NCBI RefSeq assembly: GCF_009914755.1
Contig: NC_060943.1
DNA: 64,000 nucleotides
Source: the human T2T-CHM13v2.0 reference genome, Homo sapiens
Strand: one strand, 5' to 3'
Below the pieces are notes generated by a model, which was not told the origin of the DNA, did not search any database, and saw only the letters and a program-made list of their open reading frames with translations. The number at the start of each line of letters is the position of its first letter. Position 1 is the stretch's first letter. Made by a program: the position numbers and the translations under genes. This document shows, one piece after another, positions 35,055 to 53,869 of the stretch.

Positions 35055-36329
35055 TCATCCTGCATTGTCAGGTCTAAGTCCTGACTGAGCCACTAGCCAA
35101 AGAGAATGAGAGTCCTTCACAAGTAGTGAATGAGACATCACTCAGAAAAAGCCTGTTTGAGGCATGGTGCTGGGGTTAAGAGTAAAAGGCTTCAAGGAAG
35201 AACGACAAGAAAAAGGGAGAAAGACACTTTGATGTGTAGCGGGAGAGCCAAGCACTGTTGGGAGAGGAAAAAAGTTTGGGGCGTGTTGTGTGGCTCAGAT
35301 ACTCAGTGGTGCCACCTACCTGTGGGAGGACTTAAATCAGTAACTTTGGGATTTTGATTCCTGGCGGTATCTGGGTTTCTTGCTAAAAGTTGGTTCCATC
35401 TGATGCCTTCCCGAGCTATCCTGACCTTGGCTTTAATAATTCATAAATGCCACTAACGATCTACAAGTGAAAAGCATTTTCACATCAAGGTCTAATTGGA
35501 CCCTCGTGGCCACCCGGAGACACAGGAACGACTAAATACATTCTGCAGATGAGGAAACAAAGGCTCATAGAGGGGAAGGGGTTTACGTTGCCTAAGAACT
35601 CTGACACTAGTATAGACAGGCCCGCACTGACTCTGAGATACATCACGTACCAGCTGTGGTCCTTTGGTAAGTTACTTAACCTCCCAAGCCTCAGTTTCCC
35701 TTTTCTGTGAAGTGGAGATGATCATGCCTGCCCTTAGATTTTCAGGAGCAAATTGGATTGTGGATACAAAGCTTAGGACATCCGGTATACAGTAAGCAGT
35801 CAATAATTGGGAGCCAGCCGTAGAAGTGGTGATAGTAGCTGAGACTCAAGTCAAATCCAGACCACCAATTCCAAACTGTGGGTTCTTGTTGCTGCTGAGA
35901 ATGGCATGGTCATCTGTCATCAAGGAAACGGCACGAAGGAAAATAGAGCTAGTAATAACTATGGTTAATGAGGACGGTAAATGCTAATCACTGAAGGACT
36001 TTCGTCTCCAGCTAAGGAGATGAGTGTGATTCATGGGGAGGATTTAAGGCTATTGTTAAGGTTCCAACAATGAGAAGGGCCCTTGCAGCCATTAATATGG
36101 GTTAGAACCCAGACCCTGCCCTTTCCTCCCTGGGTGACCAATCCAGGTCTGAGTGTTAGTTTCTGCATCTATAAAATGGGGGTTAAAACATGTATTACTT
36201 GATTTATGAAAGCCAAGTGACATAAAGTGTGTTGAACATCGAGCCTGGAGTACAGTAAGTGTTCAACAAGTGTTTCATTTTTTTCTTTCCATCACACTTT
36301 CCTAAGGACAGTACATGACAGTAGAGTTA

Positions 36330-36490
36330 TGCATCAGGAATACAGTCTGAGAAGTGCATTGTTAGGCAATGTCGTCCTTGTGTGAGCATCATAGAGTGTA
36401 CTCACACGAACCTAGATGGTAGTGCCTGCTACACACCTGGGCTATATGATACAGCCTGTGCTTCCAGGCTACAAACCTGTACATACACAC
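36330..36490. mobile_element. Tigger3/MER7-type fragment
   Basis: ctgagaagtgcattgttaggcaat...catcatagagtgtactcacacgaacctagatggt. Confidence 0.65.
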
Positions 36491-36842
36491 ATGTAGAAAC
36501 ACACACACATATCACACACACATATGTAGAAACATATGTGTGTGTGTGGTATATGTGTGTGTATGTGTGTATTTAGAGATAGGGTCTCACTCTGTTACTG
36601 AGGCTATAGTACAGTGGCACAATCATAGCTCACTGCAGCCTTGACCTCCTGGGCTCAAGTGATCCTCTTGCCTCAGCCTCCTGAATAGCTGGGACCACAG
36701 GCATACACCACCATGCCTGGCTAATTTAAATGAAAATTTTGTAGAGGTGGGGTCTCACTATGTTGTCCAGGCTGGTCTTGAACTTCTGGCTTTAAGCGAT
36801 CCTTTGTCTTGGTCTCCCAAAATGCTGGGATTACAGGTGTGA

Positions 36843-37109
<267 letters not shown>

Positions 37110-37141
37110 TGAATGGGGCAAAGCAAAGATTCCTGGAACTA

Positions 37142-37595
<454 letters not shown>

Positions 37596-39317
37596 TTATC
37601 TCACGGGGTTATTTTGAAGATCAAATAAAATAATGGGCACCAGCATCTTTCATAATGCTCAGCACATGGTGGGGGTAAAAGGCAGGCTATATAATTCCAG
37701 TGAACAGAACCTTCAGACCCCAACCTGGACAACCTAATTATATCTTAATATATCTCAGAATCTAAATTAACCACTAAAAGACTGTAGGGTAAGCATGGAA
37801 ACAGAACAAGAGGAAACCTTGCTTACATGTCATTCACTCAAGCCTTGGTGAGTCATTCTTCACAATTAGAATCCTTTTCTGCCTGATAAATCGTTCTCCT
37901 CTGGATAAGGCTCAGGAACCATTTGCATATTGATGCACCTTGATCCCACATTCTTTATTCCAGAGATTCCTAACCTGGGGTCATTGAGTGAGGATTAGAG
38001 TCCATGAAAACTGGAATTTACGTTTTAAAAAAAGTGTGTATTTATGAGGGTAGTGAGAATAGCTATTGTAACAAACAAAATCCAAACTATCAGCTGCTTG
38101 ACACAATAACATTTTTTTTTTCTTGGTTCTGCAAAATCCCAGAAGGGTGCATCTGGTCAGGAAACAATGCTCCACATGGTCATTCAGGGATCCAAGCTTC
38201 TTACATCCTGGAGCCCCAACATCCCCTACGGTTTCAGAGTCTGCTGAGGTTTCTTTGCTTTTAGCTTGTAGACAAGTATCAAGAGAGTCTGGAGGATCTT
38301 GGAGGAGAGGGTTTTTTGTTTGTTTGTTTTCTTTTGGCCAGGACAGGAAGTGACATTCATCCCTTTCTCCTGCTTCCACTGGCCAAAACTGATATGGCTC
38401 TTAACTGCAAGCAAGTCTGGGAGATGCAGTGTAGCAGTGCATTTGGGAGGAAAGTGAAACTGATTTCGGTGAACACACAGCCATCTCAACCATAAGGGCA
38501 TATGAATATTCTCCTAGAGAGAAGTTCTGGGTTCTCAAAGAACTGACAAATTCCTGAAAGTTTAGGAACTCACAGTTTATTCAGACAAGGAACAATGTAC
38601 TTGATGGGGTATCCACTTTTCTAGTTATAATCTCATTTTTGTCATGCCTCCCTGAGACCACACCCACATACTTGTGGTGAAACTCAGTATTCCAAGTTCC
38701 CTTTGCGTGTATTTACAGATAAATTATTCAGTATACACTTACTGAGTGATCTTTAAGTTCCAGACATTGTGTTATGGACCAGAAGTGCAGAAATAAACAA
38801 AACCTAAACCCTCCACTCAGAGAGTTCACAGTAATCGGGAGTTATAGACACATAAATGAATTATTTTTAAAAAATTGGCAACTGCATTCATTTATAGAGA
38901 TTGACTCTGAGTATTATAAGTGTGAGGAAGAGTATTGACCCAGACTGAGCCAAGTCTTCATGGATGAATAGCAGGGACTAAAGCTGGGAAGAGAGGAAAG
39001 GCATTCAGGACAGGGTGAAGGGCAGGACCAAAATCTCAAAGACGAGAAAGAACATGGAATAAGGTCAAGGGAATGTTAATCAGGGAGTGAGAACAGGCAG
39101 GTCAGCAGGGTCTGGATTATAGAGGATTGTAACTCAGTTAAGAAGATTAGGCCATCTGCTGGATTACTTTGCAGATGGCTAATAGTATTCATTATGTGCT
39201 GATTCTTACTAACGACTCCCAAAGATAACCTTAATTCCACCTACAGGGGCATCTGCCCTCTCCCTCAACACAGTATCCTATATACTCAGTGGTGTTCGTG
39301 ACTGAGGCAAAGCATTG

Positions 39318-40135
39318 ATAATGACAATAATGACAGTGAAGATGACAATGATAATGATGAGGATGATGATGATATGACGATGATGACAATGATGACGGTA
39401 ATGATGACAACAATAATAGCGACAATGACAATGATGATGGTGACAGTGATGATGATGACGATGGTGATAATGATTATGACAATGATGTGATGAGGAGGAA
39501 AATAATGATTACAATAATGATGATGACAATGATGATGAGAATGACAATAATGGGGTTGATGATGATGATGACAATGATTGATAATGATGATGACAATGAC
39601 GATGATGATCATCATGATAATGACAATAATGAGGTTGATAATGATGGTGACAATGACTGATGATGATGACAATTATGACGATGATGATGATGATGGTGAC
39701 AATGATGATGACGATGATAATGATGATGTCAATAATGATGTGATGAGGAGGAGAATAATGATCACGATGACAGTGATGATGATGATGACAATGACAATAA
39801 TGAGGTTGATGATAATGACAATGACTGATAATGATGATGACAATGATGATGACAATGACTGATAATGATGACAATGATGATGATGACAATGATGATCATC
39901 ATCACATGATAATGACAATAATGAGGTGGATTATGATGACAATGATGATGACAACGATGATGATGATCATCATCCTGATGACAATGACAATAATGAGACT
40001 GATGATGGTGACAATGACTGATGATGATGATCATGACAATGATGATGAGCATTATGATGATGCCAATGACAATAGCGTGGAGAATGATGATGATGACAGT
40101 GATGGTAATGATGATGATGATGACAATGATAATCA
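39318..40135. repeat. (GAT)n/(GACAAT)n low-complexity array
   Basis: About 800 bp of gatgatgacaat-type units. Confidence 0.95.
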
Positions 40136-41495
40136 TAGCTAATATTTATTAAGCAGCAGCCATGCTCCAGGTACTCTTCTAAGCACTTTCCAGATTTAAA
40201 CTGGTTTAAGTTTCACAAAAATAAATACCAAACAGTTCTGAGAAACAAGGTGAAAAATGCAATGAACTAACAGTTGAGCAAGTTGAGCTCTCATCCCAGG
40301 TCTACAAAAAAAAAGCAATCAACTTTAATTAGTCCTTATTGTACGTGGGTTTTCATGTAATGAGGAATTTGGGATAGAATAGCATTTCTTTCTTTTTTCA
40401 AAAAAATTTACACATCAAAATTCTGCAGAACACCGTTTTTGTTTTTTGTTTTGTTCTGTTTTGTTTTGTTTTCAGACAGGGTCTCACTCTGTCACCCAGG
40501 CTGGAGTACAGTGGTGCAATCATGGCTCACTGTGGCCTCAACTTCTCAGGCTCAAAGGGTCTTCCCCTCAGCCTCCCAAGTAGCTGGGATTACAGGGGCA
40601 CACCACCATGCCCGGCTAATCTTGTTTGTTTGTTTTTTTGTAGAGATGGGGGTCTCACTTTGTTGCTCAGGCGGGTCTTGAAGCGATCCGCCCACCTCAG
40701 CCTCCCAAAGTGCTGGGATTACAGGCATGGAGCATTGTGCCTGGCCGAGAACAGCATTTTTTGATATATTTCAGGGACCATTAGTCTCTAGTGCCATTGA
40801 ATTTTGAAAAAAAAGAAGGACAACTCGATATACTGTATTCATCAATTCTCATTTTCATATTAACTTTTCTGTTGAGTCCTTCATTAAAGAAACCTGTTTA
40901 ACTTTATTTCACGTGGCATTTTTCCAAACTTATTTTATTGTTTCTGTTGTTTCTTGAGCAAATAATTATTCTAGGTTCTGTAGATACACTGCACAAAAAA
41001 CAAAGTTCCTGTACTCATTGAGAAGAATAAGGACGTCGAAAGTTGTCCCCTCAATATTTGCCACATCTGGGTACCACCAGTACTATTATTTACTCAACAT
41101 TTTTCTTTAAATTTGCTTACTTTTCTTCACTTTAAAAAATTCATTTTGGGAGATTGGTTAACATCAGTATTATAATATAAAAAAGCACTACCACTTTCCA
41201 TAAATAGGAAGTACGACCAAAAAGAAATACTGTACTATGAAAACAAAATCCCATTATTAAATTCTGCTAGACTATCGTCCGAATAAAGCTTTGAGTTTGA
41301 GTCCTGCTCCCCACCCCCCTCTCTTTTTTGTTAAAATGGGAGATTATTAAGTATTAGAGATGCAGTAGAGAAATACTACTATTAAATTGAAGCTTTCTCT
41401 TTTGCGTAAGCAGAAGGACTAAAAGGACCACTGGAAAATGATTTTTTTCCAGTCTATATTTCAAAATTATTTAATGTGTGTCCTTACATAACCTA

Positions 41496-41900
<405 letters not shown>

Positions 41901-41903
41901 CTA

Positions 41904-42038
<135 letters not shown>

Positions 42039-42462
42039 TCATCTCAAAAAAAAAAAAAGTAAATAAAATAAAATTTAAAAAGTACCATTGACTGCGTAGC
42101 TTATAAACAATATAAATTTCTGTCTCCCAGTTCTGGAGGCTGAGAAGTCCAAGGGCAAGTCACCAGCAGTTTCAGTTGCTGGTGAGGGCCTGCCTCCTGG
42201 TTCACAGATGGTGCCTTCTTGCTGTATCCTCACATCGTAGAAGGGGCTAGCTAGCTCTCTGGGGTCTCTTATAAGGGTTCTTATCTCAGTCATGAAGGCT
42301 CTGCCCTTACGACCTAATCACCTTCCAAAGGCCCCTCGTACCATGACCGTGGGGGTTAGGATTTTAACATATGAATTTTGCGGCGGGGGCAGGGAGGGAA
42401 CACGGACATTCATATTAAAGCAAGAGCCAAACCAAGACTCATCCTTTGCTAATTCATCGTGA

Positions 42463-42672
<210 letters not shown>

Positions 42673-42775
42673 TGAATAGGGTGGATCACAAAAGAGAATG
42701 TGTGACTGTCTATGACATGATCACATTTTTGCAGACAAACGGTAATACGTATGCGTGCGTAGAAAAGGCTCTGGG

Positions 42776-43097
42776 TTTTAATGATCGCCATTCTAACTTG
42801 TGTGAGAACACATGGACACAGGAAGGGGAACATCACACACCGGGGACTGTTGTGGGGTGGGGGGCGGGGGGAGGGATAGCATTAGGAGATATACCTAATG
42901 CTAAAGACGAGTTAATGGGTGCAGCACACCAGCATGGCACATGTATACATATGTAACAAACCTGCACATTGTGCACATGTACCCTAAAACTTAAATTATA
43001 ATAATAATAAAATTTAAAAAAATCAGTGATAATGTAATGGGTAATAAATGATATATAATTACTGTTTTTAATTTCCACAAATAAAAAAAAAAGAAAA
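42776..43097 (+). mobile_element. Young L1PA 3' end with short 5' inversion and 3' extension
   Basis: TSD agaaaaggctctggg at 42761-42775 and 43098-43112; L1 3'UTR from 42803 to about 43020. Confidence 0.92.
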
Positions 43098-43339
43098 AGA
43101 AAAGGCTCTGGGATGCCTGACAATGAATGCTAATAATGGGTAATAATGTTAATAATGCTAGTGTTAAAAATAGTGCTCTCTGGATGAGGGTCTTGTGATA
43201 CTGTAAGACTAGTTGACCCAATAGAACCATCCCATCTTTATGCCTTTCTTAATTTTCTAAGTTAATAAGGAAAAAGGAAACGAAGTGTAAGAAACGGGAT
43301 TTGAGGCTGGGCGAGGTGGCTCATGCCTGTAATCCCAGC

Positions 43340-44068
<729 letters not shown>

Positions 44069-44184
44069 ATGGCATAGGCAAATGCTTGATGAAATAATGC
44101 ATAAAGTCTCTTCTGAACCTTATGTCTGTCCTGTCCTATGATGGTTGATTGATGATTAAATGACTCTGTCCTGTGAACGACTAG

Positions 44185-44379
<195 letters not shown>

Positions 44380-44663
44380 TAGCAGGGATGGGATGTGTGG
44401 TGGGAGGGAGAGTGGACAGCATGGATCCTCCTGAGGGGAGGCTGGGCAAGGTAGAGACCAGAGCACCCAGGGGGAAGTACTTACAGGAGCCAAGTGTCTG
44501 CTCAGAGAGTTCGCTATGACAACGACAGACAGGGGTATCCCGAGGCCATTCGCCCAGTCCCCAGTCCAGCATGAAAAGACAGGAGTCCTGAGAACTGAAA
44601 CAATGAGCTGAAGTCCTGATATTGGCTTCTGAGTATTTCTGTTTCTAGAACTGACAATAGTGA

Positions 44664-45122
<459 letters not shown>

Positions 45123-47078
45123 TGAACTCCTGGTCTCAGGTGATCCATCCGCCTCGGCCTCCCAAAATGCTAGGATTACAGGCATGAGGCACTGTGCCTG
45201 GCCCTGACCTGCATTTCAATGCAGCCTAACATCATATTAAGTCTACACATAATCTTAGGTGAATAATGACCAAAATTCATTGAATGTCCTCTCTGTCCTA
45301 CACTGATCCAAGAGCTTTGTATACAATATCCTGTTGAATCTTTCCATAGCAGCTCTATGAGCTGCTGCTCGCCACCACCTGTTCAATAAATGGTCCCAGT
45401 ATAACTGAGCCCTTCCCAAGGTCACAGTCCTACACTATATTAGAATTAGAGCTTGAGTTCTAGTCCATATAGTTCCAAAGCCCATGCTCTCTCCTTAAGC
45501 ATTGTTGCGTCCACAGAGACAAAGATGTGTGAAGGCAGTTATTCGTAGGCATGCTTACTCTTGCGTAAAAATCTTAATTCTGTTGTTCCCTTAGCACTCA
45601 ACAAATCCTAATTCCATCTAAACCTTAATTTTATTCTAGCCCTAATCATCCACCATTTGTGTTCTTTACTATAAACAAAACTTAACCTTAAATCTCACTA
45701 TAGCTTTGTCCTAGTAGTTAACCTAATTTTTCATCCCAAGTCCAACTCTTTCTCCATTTCCATTCCTAACTCTAAATTGTATCATTAATACATACATTCC
45801 ATCATTAATAAATACATTAATAATATACTCTGTCATTAATACATCATTAATTCATAACCTTAGCCATTTCTTAACCCTAAACCAAATAGATGAATTAGGA
45901 AAGGTATCAGTGAGACCAGGCTCAGTGGCTCATGCCTGTAATCCCAAAAGGGATTGGGAGGCTGAGGCAGGAGAATTGCCTGAGGCCAGGAATTTGAGAC
46001 CAGCCTAGGCAACATAGGAAGACCCGCTCTGTAAAAACAAGAATTAAAAAATTAACTGATCATGGTGGTGCGTGCCTGTAGTCCCAGCTACTTGGGGAGG
46101 CTGAGGTGGGAGGATTCCTTGAGCCCAGGAGTTTGAGGCTGCAGTGAGCTATGATCACATCATGGCATTCCAGCCTGGGCAACAGAGTGAGATCTTGTCT
46201 CAAAAAAAAAAAAAAAAAAAAAAAGGAGGAAAAGAAACATCACTTTTGTGGTAATATAACCTTAATATCTAAGCTCCTGTTTATCCTTAAAACTATCCAA
46301 TCTCCTTAGACCCAGTTTTGATGGAGTAACAGATTCAAATTTGCATAAATCACCAAACGGATGTCCAAGAAGAGATACCTTTTAGCTTTGGCTTCCCCAT
46401 TAGGTTAAGAAAGTTGTTGATTATTTCCTTTCTATGGATAAGTGAGAACCAAGACCACCCATGGCTGCATGCTACTGTCTCCATGAACATAGCTTTACCG
46501 CTTCACAGTCATCATCAACTTGACTCTACTAACCCAGGAAATTCGTGCCTGGGAAGTCACTTTTATTATCTGCAAAATGAGAATGCTAAGGCTGGCATCA
46601 CAGGGTTTTTGTAAAGACTGGAGTTTATTTTCATGCAGGATTGATGGTGATGCCATACCAGGTACCCAAGAAATGTGAGCTTTCTTCTGCTATCATCTGA
46701 GACACTAGGCAAAAAAAATGGGCTTTGAAGTTAGACCCGAGTTGGAATTCTGTTGTTTCCCTTACCATCTATGTGATCTTGGACACATTAGATCATAGAA
46801 GTAATAATTATCATAACATAATGAACTTTTAATAAGCATTTTCTATGTGCCAGGCAGTATTTTAAGTGCTTCACATGAAATAACTCATCTATTCCATACA
46901 ACAATCTCTATCAGGTAAATGTGATTATTAGCCCAGTTTTACACATGGACAAACTGAGGTTAATAGAAGCAAAGCTGTGATTTTGATCCCAGGAAGTCTA
47001 ACCTTCAGAATTTGTGCTCTTAATCACCAGTCATTACTGCCTGAAAACCCCAACCCCTTAGTCAAATTCTAGCTCCCC

Positions 47079-47859
<781 letters not shown>

Positions 47860-48013
47860 CTTATCCGTAACATTGGGATAATAACGTCATCCGGAAGTTG
47901 CTTGGAGAATCCAATGTGACGTTGCCTTTAATGGGATAAAGGGTGGCACAGTTTGTGTGTCATAAATGGAAGCTCTTTTCATCTCCTCTTCTTGACCCGT
48001 AACCTTTCCATAA

Positions 48014-48334
<321 letters not shown>

Positions 48335-48709
48335 TAATGTCAATGATGTGATATGCCACAGGCTTTAAAATCCAAGAGAAAGGTGCCAAAATGAAATGCT
48401 CAAAATGTTAAACACCTAACCATGATGCAAATACAGAGTAAACACACGCCAGGGTTTTTAAAAACCCCAGTGTGAGCCACGAATGGTGGCTCACGCCTAT
48501 AATCCCAGAACTTTGGGAGGCTGAGATGGGAGGATCACTTGAGCCTGGGAGGTTGAGGCTGCAGTGAGCTGTGATCACACCTCTGTACTCCAGCCTGGGT
48601 GACAGAGTGAGACCTTGCGTCTAAAATAAATAAATAAGCAAACAGTGAAATCACCCAACAAAAGGCTCAAACATTTGGAAAACATAATACTATACTGCTA
48701 AAGTGCACC

Positions 48710-49619
48710 TGTTCACAGTACAAGAGCTGAAGTGAGCCAAAAGAGCATCCCCTTGTTCCCCCTTGGGTGAGAACATGTGTGTTGGGAGACTCAGACTCAA
48801 ATTTCCTCTCCTGTGTGTGTCCACAAATGACCACAGAAGCGTCATGAGTGTCGATTTCATCAGTGACAAAGTTTAGCGAGTTGACGCATTTGCACCTGTG
48901 GAATCCATGAAAGATGAGGACACTGGAATTAGTCCTCTGAGACAAATCCTCCATCCACCAGGTGCTCCTGGTGACCAGCATTCTCCTTCTCCCTCCTTCC
49001 TCCAGGGCCCTCTGTGCTTCCACTCTGCCCTTCTTCCCTATTCCAGTGCCTGCCCTATCTTCCAGCCTTTCTCATGTCCTACACTCTTGATAGCTTCTGA
49101 GGGAAGAAAATACCCAAGACCCAGTGGAAAGGAAAGGGAAGTCCTTGGGCAAAGAGGAACTAGAAGGAGTTATATTTCTGCGCCACTCCGGGCAAGGGGT
49201 CAGTCCGAATAGCTGTGGGTGGGGGGGTGTGTTGTTCCAACAACTTGGGACTTTCCTAAATAAAATAAATTATTTCTCAGCTGGTCATGGGAGATGTGAC
49301 AGCAAAAATTGAGACCCATTTACCCTCTGTTGCCTCAAGCTTCTGTGGATAGAGGCTTCCAGTTTGTACTATTTATGGGGTCATCTTTCATGAGGACATC
49401 ATTTACGTCCTCATCTTTCATGGATTCCACAGGTGCAAATGTGCCTACTCGCTAAACTTTGTCACTCAGAAAATTGATACTTGTGGTGCTTCTGTGGTCA
49501 TTTGTGGACACACACAGAGTTAGGAAGTTTGAGTTTGAGTCTCCCAACACTCATGTTCTCAGCCAAGGGGGAACAAGGGGGTGCTCTTTCGGCTCATTTC
49601 AGCTCTTGTACTGTGAACA
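48710..49619. repeat. Inverted repeat of a Tigger-family (MER82-like) fragment, arms 48710-48921 and 49407-49619
   Basis: Arms are reverse complements, e.g. tgcacctgtggaatccatgaaagatgaggac vs gtcctcatctttcatggattccacaggtgca. Confidence 0.92.
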
Positions 49620-49644
49620 AAATTCTTCTTTGGCTTAGGTTTAG

Positions 49645-49931
<287 letters not shown>

Positions 49932-50068
49932 TAGTAGAGATGGGGTTTCACCACGTTGGCCAGGCTGGTCTCAAACTCCTGACCTCAAGTCATCTGCCTG
50001 CCTCAGCCTCCCAAAGTGTTGGGATTACAGGCATGAGCCACAAAGCGCAGCCACATTTTATATTTTAG

Positions 50069-50323
<255 letters not shown>

Positions 50324-50429
50324 TAAATGCGCGCGATTAAATGCTGGGATTAAAGGCGCGAACCACCACACTCAGCCCCAATTTGAAATCTAGGGTGGGC
50401 CTGAAGCCCACGCCTCTACGACAGTGTGA

Positions 50430-50630
<201 letters not shown>

Positions 50631-51349
50631 TGCTGAGGTGAGAGCAGGGACCAACAGTGGTCATTTCACGGATGCAGAGGTGAGACAGGTGCACAACTGG
50701 TGTGTCACTGATGCGAAGGCGAGATCTGCTTTTTCAAGCGTGTCTGATTAGCGTCGCTGATGTGAAGGCGAGATCTGTTGCTTTTCCAGCATGTCTGATT
50801 AGCTGAGGTTCCCAGCAATGCGGGCTCCTGTTGTCAAAGATAAGGTGGAGTTGGGGAAGACTGGAACAACTCCCCAGATTAGAAGGATGAAAGAAATTGG
50901 GATTTCCCCCAGAAGCAGGAGAGCAGAGGGGGATTGGCAAACTTTTTCAGACCCAGGAAGGTATCATTCCAAGTTTCAAGTCTGGGAGGCTTTGGCTGTT
51001 GATGATTAGAAAAGTGGAATTTCTCAAAGTGGAGCATGGTATGAAAAAACAACCCAGAAAAGGGGATAACTGACCAGCTGTGGTGACTCACACCTGTAAT
51101 CCTAGTGCTTTGGGAGGCCAAGGCAGGAGGATCAGTTGAGGCCAGGAGTTTGAGACCACCCTGGGCAATGTAGCAAGACCCTGTCTCTACAAAAAAAAAA
51201 AAAAAATTAGTTGGGTGTGATAGCACACATCTGTAGTCCCAGCTACTCAGGAGGCTGAGGTCAGAGGATCCCTTGAACTCAGGAGTTGCAGTGAGCTATG
51301 ATTACACCACTGTACCCCAGCCTGGGGAACAGAGTGAGACCTTGTCTAA

Positions 51350-52010
51350 GAAAGAAAAAGAGAAAGATGGACGAAAGGAAGGAAAGAAGGAAGAAAGATG
51401 AAGGAAGGAAGGAAAGAGAGAGGGAGGAAAGGAGAGAGGAAGGGAAGAAAGGAGGGAGGGAGGGAAGGAAGGAGGAAGGGAGGGAAGAAAGAACGGAGGG
51501 GAAAGGAAGGAAGGAGGGAAGGAAGGAGGGAGGGAAGGAAGAAAGAGGAAAGAAAGGAGGTAGAGAGAGGGAGGAAAGAAGAAAGGAGGGAAGAAAGGAA
51601 GGAAGGAGAGAAGAAAGGAAGGAGAGAGGGAAAGAAGGAAGGGAGGGAGGAAGGAAAGAAGGAAGGGAGGAAGGAAGAGAGGAAAGGAGGGAGGAAAGAA
51701 GGGAGGAAGTGAGGGAGGAGGGAGGGAGGGAAGGAGGAAGGGAGAAAGTAGGAAAGGGAGGAGGGAAGGAATGGAGGAAGGGAGGAGGGAAGGGAGGAGG
51801 GAAGGAAGGGAGGAAGGAAGGGAGGGAAGGAGGGAAGGAAAAGAGGAAGGAAATAAGGAAGGAAGGGGGGAAGGAAGGAAGAAAGGAAGGAAGTAAGGAA
51901 AGAAGGAAGAAAAGGGAAGGGAAAGGAAGGGAAGGAAGGGAGGGAGGAAGGAAGGAAGGGAGGGAGGGAGGGAAGAAAGGGAAGGAGGGAAGGAAGCAAG
52001 GAAAGGAAGG
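51350..52010. repeat. Polypurine (GGAA/GGGA)n tract extending an Alu tail
   Basis: About 660 bp almost exclusively A/G. Confidence 0.95.
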
Positions 52011-52070
52011 ATAACCCAGAAGCCAAGACACCATGGTGTGCATCCATTGCCCCCATCACTGAGTAGCTGA

Positions 52071-52481
<411 letters not shown>

Positions 52482-53312
52482 TGATCCATCCAACTCGGCC
52501 TCCCAAAGTGCTGGGATTACAGGCGTGAGTCACTGTACCTGGCCTATCCCTCCTTTTCTTCTAGTCTTTTCCTCTCTCTACATTCTTCACAAAGGACCAG
52601 CTGATTGAAGCAGGTGGTGCAGAGGGTATTTCTAAAGGTGGTTATTTAAGCTTGAAAGATGTTCTCCAGCCTGTAGAAATGGTCTTTAAATCTCCCGCAT
52701 GGATCAACTGACCTCACTGCTCTGTGACTTCTGGAATCTAAATAAAAAAAGAGAAGCCCTTTCATCAGATGTGTAGACAAAACCCCATCCCTCCTCCCTT
52801 TGGGGTGGAAAACCCTGGTGGTTCTAGCAATGTCTGTCCTTACAATGCATGTGGCTTATGGATGACACTAAATTAGCGGGCCCTTCCTGAATTTTGCCTT
52901 GGTAATGAAAATCATCTTCCTGGAATAGAGGAGAGGGAAAGGAGGGGGTTTGGAACTCTGGGCACCATCTTAACAGGGTAGATATTAAAAAACACCCACA
53001 GTGGCCTTCAGTCTGTGGCTAGGACTAGGAACAGCGTCCAGCCTCTGACTTCTGTCCATCACAGCAGAACTGGCACTTTGCAGGTCCCCTTCCCCTTAGC
53101 ATAGAGGTGAGATTGAGGAGCTCATTGTTCATTGATCTCCTTGCTCCTATGAGCTAGGCAGGGATGTGGGGGTGGGGGCGTCTGATTCCTCTCAGCTCAG
53201 CTGCTTCCGACTAAGTCTGGAAAACCAATACAAAGTCATTTTTAATTCACCTTCCTCTTTGAGTCAATGCCTACTTATTCATTAAACTCAGATCTTTGCT
53301 TCTATTTTCAAG

Positions 53313-53510
53313 GAAAGGAGAAATATCTTCAGAGGAAGACTGCCGCCATACTGAGGCTGAGCACAGATTTGTCTTTTTCATTGCATCTGTCAAGCTTAAA
53401 TAACCACCTTTAGAAATACCCTCTGCACCACCTGCTTCAATCAGCTGGTCCTTTGTGAAGAACGTAGAGAGAATGCGGCATAACCACCAATAAAGGAGTC
53501 TTGATTTAAC
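53313..53510 (+). other. ELSPBP1: ELSPBP1 terminal 3'UTR exon
   Basis: ttctattttcaag| acceptor and AATAAA at 53489-53494. Confidence 0.75.
53489..53494 (+). terminator. ELSPBP1: ELSPBP1 polyadenylation signal
   Basis: AATAAA near the end of the terminal exon. Confidence 0.75.
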
Positions 53511-53869
53511 CCTGGGATCTGCCTTTTCTGCTTCCTAAGATGAGACCGATGGTGAATGTGTGGGGAAGGAAAGATTGGTAGCCAGGCTGTCGAGTCTCAT
53601 AGTGTGGAGAGGTCAGACTCTCAGGCCAGGGACCTCTAGGAGTCATTACAGCCTGCTCTGTCTTCTGAGGGAAATCACAGATTTGGGTGGGGTGTTTGTA
53701 GATACATATTAAATTATTAATGAATAAATTAGGAAGTAAACAGAGGGTAGAAAATTCACCACAAGACTGCCTCAACCATTCCCTCCCTGTGCCCATGGCA
53801 GATATCAAGAACTGATTACAGAATCTGATTCCCTCTCAGTCCAGATGGAAATTCACATTGTTGTTCTTG

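Noticed and set aside
39286-40142. His-, Ile-, Met- and Asp-rich ORFs
   Set aside because: Translations of the (GAT)n array
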